A DNA stretch of 64,000 nt, from NCBI GenBank assembly GCA_011109175.1, contig RDEW01000033.1, positions 248,001 through 312,000 of the forward strand, in the 5' to 3' direction. The notes under the pieces are model-generated. The model made no database searches. It was not told the DNA's origin and saw only the letters and a list, made by a program, of their open reading frames with translations. This stretch comes from Dicyema japonicum (lineage: Eukaryota; Animalia; Dicyemida). The translations under genes and the position numbers were made by a program. The number at the start of each line of letters is the position of its first letter. Positions within the stretch are counted from its first letter, which is position 1. Shown in pieces: positions 12,001 through 22,229 of this stretch.

Positions 12001-12219
12001 GTATTAAAATCTGCCTAATTGGTTAATTTAGTCGTTTTAGTAATTAGGAAAAATTGAATTATTAAGATTAAAGTAAAAAGTTTATAGTATCTACTAATTA
12101 ATATTGTAATATAAATTGTCAATTTATTATTAAAACAAAATAGACGATCATACAGGGGCAACCCTGATTGGGTGGTTATTCCCTCTCAGGAAAATAATGT
12201 CTTGAAGCACCCATAAAAT

Positions 12220-14318
12220 TCATAATTTATTGAGAGCTTTCCATATAAACTCAGAAGTGACAATTTTCGACTCAATAAATCTTAATCTCAGAGATGGTCG
12301 ATCAGCCACAACAAAGTCAGTAACCTCAGCTACAATGATACATTATAAATAAACCAGGTACAATCACAGTACTTCCTCCATTCTTAACTATGTAATCTTC
12401 CATTTCCTCCTTTGATCCATTTGTGTTTATTACACAAAATTCCATTCCTTCAAACAGTCGAGACTCCACCAATTCTACATTAGAGGTATCATTCTCTATT
12501 AATTCATCCCCACCTGTGATATTCTTAATGACACATTTCCGCTAAGTTCCCTCAGTTCATCAACACTCACACAGTCCCTCCAAGGTTTATCAAATCTTGT
12601 GCTTTCAATACGCGGAAATCTCAAAGTGTGTCCCAACAAAGGGAAATGACGAACTCTTAATAAAGCCAGCCGCCCTGACCTAACTATTAAAAGTATATCC
12701 AACCTTAACAACCACAATCAAATCAATAGGCAAAGCTCTGTGAGGGAATTTATTACCCCAATCACAATAATCGACTTGTTCCATATTAATCCAATGGGAA
12801 TTTGTAGCCAAACTAACCTCAAATCGTATTCTCTTTGATACTCTATTGAGAGAAGCATAAACTATAGACATAAATAATACTGTAGAAATTGCAACAAATG
12901 GGGTCTCATTCCCACGTGCAGCCAATATAACACGTGATATTATACCAGATTTTGTAAAGAAAGCCCCAACAATACCCAAATCCAAGTCTGAAGCAGTCTC
13001 TGTGAGGTAGTCAGGTTTGAGTTTAATCCAATCGTTTCGTTGATTGAATTTATACTTTGAAGACAATGACTTTAATACAATTCCCTCAAATCCCTTACTC
13101 ACAGCTTCCATCATAAGATCAACCACAACATCACTGCAATAAGTCCCCAAATAACCAATTCTTAATGACTGAATACTCTGATAACTCAATTACTCCGGGA
13201 ATGGGAATAATCAGTTTATTTAAAATATCTCGTCTTTCACGGTATGTGAGGTGACCAAGTCTACTCCCATTGAGTAATATAATGTCGAATATTACATAAC
13301 AGGGAGTAACCTGTATTAAATTCATACTCTTAACATCAACTCCCTCACTTTTGGTGACTTTAGTAAGTAAAAAGATTACCATATTTATCATTATACCCAA
13401 TCATTTCCCCATCAAGTATGCACGTGGTTGTCTCAATAGAGAAGGTGGAATTTATATAAGGAGTAATACTTTGAGTGAAAGAAGTTGTAAAGTCATTACA
13501 ACTAAGTCTTATAGTCAACGATTACTGTCTAGAAAAGAACTTGTATTCATATTCGTTTTTGTGAAGTTGAATACGTTCACCGTCATATTTGTACTCCACA
13601 TTATAAGTACCTCCAATCTTTCTAAGCTTTTCCACACATTTTTTGTCCCCTCTTTTGCACAACATTGGTTTGAAAGGTTTCCCAAACTCAGAAATATCCG
13701 AATCGACGCAATCTTCCATAATACAATCACTGAGTCTGTTCAAGTCCGCACAACTGTTTAACCACGACTCACCACGTGGATGAAGACTTTTAAGGAATGT
13801 GTGAGTTGAAAGTGTTTGGTTTTTGAGAAGTATTGAACATAGACATTTGTGCTGAAATACAGTTAGGTTGTGCAAAAATAATAAATCACAATTAATATTA
13901 TTAATAAAGTGCAATATTTTTTGAATTTTTATTTCTTTAATATTTAAATTTACTCGGTTTTGTAAACAATTTAAAATGCTATTTTCGAATGAAATATTTT
14001 TGTTTTTTAAATTTTTGGCTTCTTGTGAGTTTTGTGGAATTGAGAATGATTTTATGTAAATTTTTGCTAGCTGTTTCTACAAAATGTCAGTTGCTTAGAT
14101 TTTACCTGTTTAATCTTAAAATTATTGTTTTCTGACGGTAGTAAAAGATGGAGGACAGCATTTACGTTTTTGTGAGTAAATACATTCTCATTTTTTAAAA
14201 ATTTAATAAATTTTGTTATTAATTTATTTCTTGACGTTCTATTTTCTTTGTAATTCTCAATAAAATCACATATTGTTGAAAAATAAATGTCATTACAAGT
14301 GACAGGCAGAATACACAT
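12220..14318 (-). CDS. LIG4: DNA ligase IV (DBD, adenylation, OB-fold, one BRCT), about 640-650 aa, 20-29 nt introns, one apparent +1 frameshift near 12632-12645
   Basis: Reads VEYKYDGERIQLHK (adenylated Lys), CILDGEMIGY, FDIILLNG, EGIVLK, WIKLKPDY and GHTLRFPRIESTRFDKPW. BRCT: LFEGMEFCVIN...IVKNGG. Stop TGA at 12220-12222. Confidence 0.92.
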
Positions 14319-15129
14319 CAAACAAAAAATTTATTTAATTTAAATAATCATTTTTGGCATTTTTATATTATTAAAATTAACTTAACATGTAACATGAGTC
14401 TAGTGGTTATACATTTTTATTAATTAAATCACCGACGCCCATGAGAAACTAATCGAAAAAAACAAGAATGGACACCAATGCCTAAAAGAAAGTGCTCGTC
14501 CGCAACGAACTTGTGCAAGCTCAAGGGATCAACACCGAGAAAAGATAGCCTTGATCCAATTCGTCGGGATCACAGTTTAGTTTTTATGGTTTAGAAGTGG
14601 TCTTTGGATTTAATTTAATTAATAAGTATACACAAATTTCTTTTTGAATGATTGCCAAGACGTTTGTCTTGTAACAAATTAAAGAACACTATAATTTCGA
14701 ATAGTATTACCCTGAGTTGCCTGTATGATAATATTTCGACGCTATTAAATGACATGTTTACCACCTGCTCCACTCTTGAGATAATTCCAATGAAAATGAA
14801 TCAAGCCAAAGTACCACTTGAAAACATACAAAACTTACGATCGTTATAAACTAAAGTTTAGTCTTTACGACAAGAAAGCGAAGGGAAATAGATTGTAGTG
14901 CCATTTAGAATTTGATTTTTACAGAGATGTATTTTTGTAATGAATGCAGCTTCATAAGTTCCCCTTCAGTGTAAGGTTTCATATGCTTTGCGATGACTAA
15001 TCTTATATGAAGCTATTGTATAATAAAATGTCTCCAAAACGATGAATTTTTTTCCCATTCGGGTTAAAATGCAGGATTTTTTAATAATATTCTACTTCTT
15101 TTAACACGCTTTTCAGACATCACAAAGAA

Positions 15130-15665
15130 TAGTTAGTTAAGAGCTCCTTCACGTAGCCCTAAAAGGGCTTCTCTTGAGCCATGCTTTACAGCTATCCTCC
15201 TCGCCATCCTCGCCCACATTCGTCTTCCATACTGACAGTTTTTTCAATTTCAGTCGCCTTATCGTCCAAATATTTGTGCCAGAGGTCATTCGATCGTTTT
15301 ATTATCAAATGTGATATTTTAATACGTTTTCTCTATAATGCAATTTTATTCGGATTTGAACTTTCCCAGTTTCGAACGTGTTTCCTTCTAGTGTTCCGAC
15401 AATTCTTTATTACGGGGTCATGACGATTGTCTGATGAGAGTAAGATAATCCGATAGTTTCCATAGGTTCCTTCGTATCCAAGGGCATTCTTTGTCTCTTG
15501 TAAGTAGGAGATGCCAATTTTTGTAACGTGACAGATTTTTCACATAGTTGTTCTCTCTTGATTAGAGATGAGAGGCCTCGAACGTTATATGTGGCAAGAT
15601 GGCGAACAAAGAGTTTGAATCTAAGCATGATAAAAACATAATTTTTCAGAGGAAAAACAATTCCT
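15130..15665 (-). mobile_element. Internally deleted RTE copy: 5' APE piece + middle piece + 3' end with (TAAC)n tail
   Basis: 15410-15665 reads LATYNVRGLSS (APE). About 15250-15335 is nearly identical to 32430-32512. 15130-15215 matches the 3' end at 31021-31100. Confidence 0.75.
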
Positions 15666-15669
15666 TCCT

Positions 15670-18600
15670 ACATCATTACTATAGGAATAACGAGGACCTT
15701 GCAACCAAGCATCTGCCCCATCTCGTTTGCAAGCAAATTATACTTCCTTTTTTTTCCACCTCCACAGTCTGCAAACGGTCTTGAGACGTGATGCCAACTT
15801 CTATGATAAGGACTGGGCCAGACTCCTTATCGTGTACCACAATGTCCGGTTTATTGTGCTTGACTAGCACCGAGGTACGGATAACACTGTCTACCTTAAT
15901 TTGGACCCTGGTGTTCTCTACTACAGATTGCACCTTATGAGTCCGCAACTTTCTGGTGTGGCGAATACCATACTTATTGCATAGTAGAAGATGAAGACTC
16001 CTTACTACCTCGTTATGCCTCCACACATAGTCGTGGCAGAGCATGGATCCACATCGAGTGGCTAAATGATCAACCGACATGCTCCTTGACTTACAGTGGG
16101 GACATGTATTTGTTGATCGACCCCAAAAAATATTGCGGTCTTGCATATACGTGTACAACGCCTCCGATCGAGGTGAGTTGTCACCGTATTTTAGCCATAT
16201 TGTCGACGACTTAAGGTCGACATGTGGGTTGTCCAATGCTCTGAAGAGGACCTTATGAAGGCTTTTTAAGTTGATCTTTTCCATCAAATTATTATATTGT
16301 AATTCGATCAACGCCTTCACATTTACTAGCCCACCATCATCAACACCATACTTAGCAGACAAAAAAGGTCTGATAGTGCCTAGGTGGGTTGCCCGTGTTT
16401 TCTCGGTCGTTATTATGGCGTGCTTCCTAGCAGACACACTTGACCCAGCTATCAGGGTGTCGTGCATTCGCATTAGGATACGCTCACTTAGTTGGACTAC
16501 TCCACACAGTCCACGGCCGAATTTATCACGGGGTAAATATAGTCTCTCCTTATTGGCTGCCAGCACACATGGTTCTCTCTGAGTACTCCACGGATCATAG
16601 CATCCATATCATCATAATCTTTGGGCTCAAATTCCACAACACCTATGTAGTAGTTTAGCAGCGAGACAGCATACTCATTTAATGTAGGAACAAATTCCTT
16701 CCATTTAGAGACGTCTTACACAAATAACGCTGCTCTTTTACGAATGCCTTCAGTATTGTGTCGCATTGTCTCAGGCATTATAAGGGACTTTGAAGTTCGG
16801 TAACACCCAGACACTTATATCCTTCGTGTTCTTCTAGAACTCTTATTAACTCGCTAGATACTTGCGTGTTCGTCGCAGACTTTAATAATTCAAATCTAGT
16901 CCTATACTCTCAAAGAATTCCCTGGCACAGACCCCCATGGAGTAGAGATCCTCTGCTGTTCAAGAATACATCTTCAGGTCATCAATAAAAGAAGGTGATT
17001 TGTACTGAAACAAACCAACTCACAATGAACTGGTATTTGCTCAAACCGCATTGGAGGCGGCGAGTCAATGGCTCCAAACAGAGAACAAAAAGAGCAGCGG
17101 AGACATGCTATCCTCCTGAAGGATCCCCCTCTTGAGTTTTACCTCGCCTATTAGGTGCCTATTATAGTTCAGATGAATACTTCACCTATTCATCACAGTC
17201 ACTACAAAGCTGATGATCCACACAGGCATACACAGCCTGTGTAGGCACTCGACACGGTAAGAATGATCAACTGAATCGTAAGCCTTCTTCACATCCACCC
17301 ACATAGACAAAAGTGAGTTTCCGTGAAACACAGAAAGGCACTTGTTGATCAAAGCCTGCTCTTTTGCCCCTGACAATTTTGCACAATACCCAACTGATTC
17401 TCGGAGAAAATCCCATTTGCTTCTACAAAGCTCCTGACCTCATTAGCCACCAATTTGGTTATCAGTTTATACAGGGTTGGCATGCAGGTTATCGGTCGAT
17501 AATCTGCAGCAGACTGGGGGTTGTCCAGCTTTGGGATCAAATAAGTTGTCCCGGTGCAGGCCCAATCAAGAATCGTTTCCGGGTTAGTGATGCTTTTCTG
17601 TAATACACGACACATGTTATGTTATGTTGTCCAATTAAGGTGTGTCCGACCCTTGGAGATCTCATGAACAAGTTTCCTCCACTCTCCCCGATCCGTTGCA
17701 ATTTGGAGTATCCTTGATATAGGCATTCCGTGACGTCTTTCATCGTGGATAGCCACCGAGTCCTCGGTCGGCCAGATCTTCTCTTCCCAGTAATATTGCT
17801 CAGCATAATGGTTCTTTTCAGTGAATCAGAGCGGACAACATGCCCAAAGAACGCCAATCTGTGTTTTACGATTCTTCCTTCTAGCGAAATGTCTATCTCT
17901 ACCCGTTTGAGTACATCGATGTTTGTTATTTTGGAAGTCCAAAAGCACATAGACTCGTGTAATGAAGTGCATCTTTTGATAAAGAAATTATAAACTTTAT
18001 CGACCCCAGTCGTTTTCCAATCAGGGATGTCTCAACACCGCCTCAAATTTCTTACGGAAATCGAAAATTCCGCCAAGAAAGAGAGCGCTGTACGGGACAT
18101 TCCACGTATTTCCTCTGTGTGGTTTAGCCTCCCACCTACTACCCCATGTGGAAAGCATTTCCGCGTCCTTCTGGGAACATTCACTATGGCCATTTTCGTG
18201 TAAGCGACGGTAAAACAATCTGCGATTAAACTCAAACAGATTATTTTCTCTCCTTCTCTTACACCGACTTTCATGTGTATAGAGTTTCCTCTTATACACC
18301 ATTATTGCCCCCTCTAACTCCACCTTTGCCCTCCTCAACTCTTTGAGGTCCATTTGGGAACACGGAATTTACTAATTAGCCCCTTTACTATAGGCGGTGT
18401 TTTTCCTCCAACCTTTCTCGCCACACTACTTATGTGACCCTCCAGTGCTTCCAGCTCAGTCTGTCTCCAATCAATCTTGGCACAGATCTGCTCCCTCCAT
18501 TTACTGGGTGGTCTGGACTTGTCCGTCAATTCCTCATAGGTGATCTGTGCTGCATAAAACACTAGGGAGATGTCACCCAGTGACCCTACTGGCATAGCCT

Positions 18601-18700
18601 CCACCGCATAAGCCACAGCCTTATTGATGCAGGTTAACACTACTCCGTTAACCTTACAATAATGGATCATGAGGGGAAATCTACGGTCCTCAAGTGGGAC
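15670..18700 (-). mobile_element. Near full-length R4/Dong-like RLE non-LTR retrotransposon (frameshifted)
   Basis: N-terminal FYAAQITYEEL. RT: ITCMPTLYKLITK, GAKEQALIN, DVKKAYDSVDH, FIDDLKMY. Then ERLYLPRDKFGRGL, CCHC CPHC...DHLATRC...RHNEVV and RLE KPDIVVHD...IIEVG. Confidence 0.92.
17616..17945 (-). mobile_element. 5'-truncated RTE 3' end nested in the R4-like element, with (CATAA)n tail and 5-bp TSD
   Basis: Reads WTSKITNIDVL...HRLAFFGHVVR...GKRRSGRPRTRW. CACAT flanks it at 17611-17615 and 17946-17950. Removing it restores HESMCRVLQK in the host RT. Close relative at 53367-53830. Confidence 0.88.
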
Positions 18701-19564
18701 ATCTGCCGCTGCAGCGAGATTCCGCGCGAAGTATTTTTATTTTTGAGATAATTATTCTTACCTCTCATCTACGGATGTGAAGGATGGTATTTTTCGCTCC
18801 AAAGAGAAAGAATAATCAATTTTTTGGACAAGATAAGGAGGATGACAATCTAGCTGGCCTTCGTAAGAGGTGAAGAAGCACTAGAAGAGGAGGAAACCCT
18901 GATCAAACCAGTAAGAAGCGCGGTAGAGGAATGGATCGAGGGTTTTCTTTGAGGACCAAAGTGGCTGAAACATTCATTGAGAAGATACTGTGAAGCTAGA
19001 GGGGGCTAAACTGCGAAAGAATCCAGGCTTTACGGCAGGATTTTTAATAACGTAATTCCCCATAACTATGTCTATGTCTTGGTCTTTAATGTTATTTTTA
19101 AAGTGCTAAATAATATCTCTTCCTTCATCTTACTTATCTTCTCATATTCTACAAGAGTGCAATCATGATGACGTATATTGTCATGATGGTATGAAAAAGA
19201 ATTATTTGATCTCCCTTATCTATTGGAGGGGTTCTCTCAACTGAATTAGTTATGTTAATCAATTTTCGCCATTCCTGGATTAACTAGAAAGACTGTTTTC
19301 TACGACCGTAGGAACTGAATACACGATAGTTGGATGTAGGGGTAAACAAATTGTTATGCTCCACATATACTCAGTATACCCAAACTATCAAGTAAAGTTG
19401 ATTTTTTTATTATTTAACCTTTAAAAGAGAACTCCAAAAAAGAGTGAATTGACCCAAATAATTGAGAATTAAATTTCCAAAAGTGGTAGCTAAGCGTTAC
19501 CACAATTCCCACTTGTGGTTATATTTTATTAAAAGAAATAATTAAATTAGTAATTAAAGATATT

Positions 19565-20473
19565 TTAGCATTGATCACAATGCGGCTTGTTATCAATCAT
19601 TTTAAACCCTTTATCCAGCAATGACACGTTGCATGAGTGACAATTGAAACAACCATTGTGCCAGTTGTTGTTTCAAAGTACACATAACTCTTTGATTCCC
19701 AACTGTGATTAGTAAAACAAACAAACCAGATATTATTTCTTGCAGCCATCACAAATGTTTGAGAATGATTTATCATAGCAGGAAATACAATAATTATAAT
19801 TATTTTGGTTTTGAAAGTGTTTCCTGAAAGTGTGACTCCACATGATATGCAAACAAAGCACTCAACGTGATAGGACATTCCCTTAAAGTTAACTGAACTA
19901 TTTCCAAGGGACTACAAAGTGAGACGGATGGATGCCTGATTGCAACTCTTGCATCGTGGAGTAGAAAATCGTTGACATTCTTGACATACAACTCCCTCTT
20001 CTCTTTCATAGAATTTTTCAGTCCCAATTGAGTTACGACATTTTACGCAAATAAAGCAATCATTGTGAAAATTACTATTTTTGTACGTCAGACTGACCTC
20101 GCCTCAATTTAAATTGAAATTCAAACCTGGAAGTATTATTTTATTACAGCCAGAACAAACTTTTACTGAATTTCCCGATATAAACAAGTAGTGCAACAAA
20201 ATTTGTTATCAACCTTTTGAAACGAGTTTGAAGTAATTGGAATATTACAAAAGTTACATTGAAAACAATTTTTGTGGAATTTTTGTTCTTTGTATATTAA
20301 CGTCTGAAATGTGATAATAAAACTACTTCCTCCCCAGCTTTTATCATTTTATTACAGCCACTGCAATTTTCAGCATAATTTTTATTATAACATTCCAAAC
20401 AAACCTCCTTGTTGTTGACTGGGACGTAGCTCCTCCCCGACAAAGATGATGAACAATCACAACAATATTTCAT
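19565..20473 (-). CDS. FHL: Four-and-a-half LIM domains protein (FHL family), with four apparent -1 homopolymer frameshifts
   Basis: Half-LIM MKYCCDCSSSLSGRSY...CLEC, then four LIM domains (CSGC...FHKNCFQCNFC; CSGC...FHNDCFICVKC; CKSC...YHVECFVCISC; CDGC...WHNGCFNCHSC...HCDQC*). Four introns of 23-24 nt. Confidence 0.88.
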
Positions 20474-20599
20474 TTTATGGATTTACGAACAAATTTTTTT
20501 ATAAATTATTATAATTCCGATCATTATCGATTAATTGGTGATAAATTAACCTTAATTTTTGTTTTATATAATTTTATTATTACACTTTTTAACATTTTC

Positions 20600-21860
20600 C
20601 TGTATGTCAAACAGTACCACCCATTGATTTCCCTATTGGGTTACTATGATTGGTAGACCAAGCGTGTTCACCACAATAAATTATTAAAGTTAATTTTATA
20701 AGAATTCCTTTTCATTGTCATTTTATAAATCAACTTCACTCTAATATCTGGTGGATACTTGACACAATCTATAATTTTACAAACTTTCTGTATGGAACTC
20801 ATATCCCTAGTCAATTAAATTCTATTTCATACAATCTGTACATCATACTTCTCCTGACCTTTCATTGTGCTCTCCTTCCGTCACAGAATCTACTCATTGG
20901 AATGTCAAATGTGACCTTACAATTATATTTCCTTATCTTCCCCGTCTACTACAGTCAGACTGAATTTTAACTAATTACAAAAAGCATGTGACGATTCTTA
21001 AAGCAAACTCTTAAAAAAATAATTATTAGATAATTTTAATGAGTGGCCTTTATGAACTCCATTTTGGTCTCAATTAATCCTAAAAGTATATGGGACTATA
21101 CTTTAACCAAGAAATCGTGTTTCTCATTAGTGAAAGATGACACCTAATCAAAATAACTCACAGAACTTCAGTATTGAAAACTTTAGTGAAATAAAAATGG
21201 GCTAAAATTATCTATTAATTCAAATCAAAACCACAAAAATTACGGCGATTAATCAAGAACGCAAAGAGCAATCGAATTGAAACGGATTTTTCTAATCGAC
21301 AGGGAGTAGGACTTAATATGAAATGTCGAGATGAGGCTTTAACCGGCAACACAATGACTTGATGACTCATTAATTTAAAGTAAGTCATCTTCCAACGTAC
21401 AAAGTCACTCGATTTCACAAGGTTCAATTCCCAAGAGAACAATAACTCATATGCAAATCCCTAGCTTATTTATTCATGATCTAATCAAAAACGTCAATAA
21501 CTCAATACCCAAAGGCCCAAATAGTCTCTGTATTTTCCACTTTAAACATTTTGGACTAAACAAAATCCACATAGTCCAATAAACTCATTCTACGTTTATA
21601 AAATCGATTATTATCCTTGTTCTCTAGTCCAACATAGAATTTTGTCAAACAGACCAATTTCCCATCTCTAATAATTTCATTAATGTTCAAATCACTTATA
21701 TTACCTTCTGATGTGGTGGTTCTTAGCTTCTCTATTACAATCGAAACCCTCAGTAATCCTCTTAACAACAGACTGAATGTCCTGAATTATTTATAAACAA
21801 GCAGTTTTTTTCCTTCATCAAACATCCAAAAACCATTCGATTTGTTTCTGTTTTAATAAT
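20600..21860 (-). CDS. Possible uncharacterised multi-exon gene
   Basis: Clustered minus-strand ORFs (21215-21442, 21556-21768) with tiny-intron-like breaks. No recognisable domain. Confidence 0.2.
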
Positions 21861-22229
21861 CATCTGAAAAATATCAGCGAAAAACTTAAATTAATTTAAA
21901 TTTAATGTACCAAAAAACCACTATCATAGCCAAAACGAAAAAAGGATTCCGGCCTCTCTCAACAGTCTCGCATCTTTTCTGGTGTTTAGACTGCGTTCCG
22001 GCGCATTGAAGATAAGGCAGGGGTTCACGCGCACGAATCCTCAGTCATAAATTTATATCGGACTGTAAGGAAGATGGTTCATTTATTGGTTGTTGGTTTT
22101 TAGAATATGTTTTATTAAAGACTTCTTCCATATTTCAGGGATTGTATTCGTGTTAATGGATAGGTTGATACATAGGCTAATAGTTCCATGGCTCGATGGC
22201 CTAGGAGCTTCAGTTCACATGTGATTATT

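Noticed and set aside
12160-12220. HDV-like ribozyme fold in the ccctga...gtggttattccctctcagga motif
   Set aside because: P1 and P2 can be drawn in this copy, but P3/L3 is too short, no catalytic C is correctly placed, and P2 is not conserved in the 59620 copy.
17930-17950. Apparent shared 5' breakpoint between RTE copies 17616-17945 and 53367-53700, suggesting a short SINE family
   Set aside because: The second copy continues upstream to about 53830 (LYGAESW...), so the match simply ends where the first copy is truncated.
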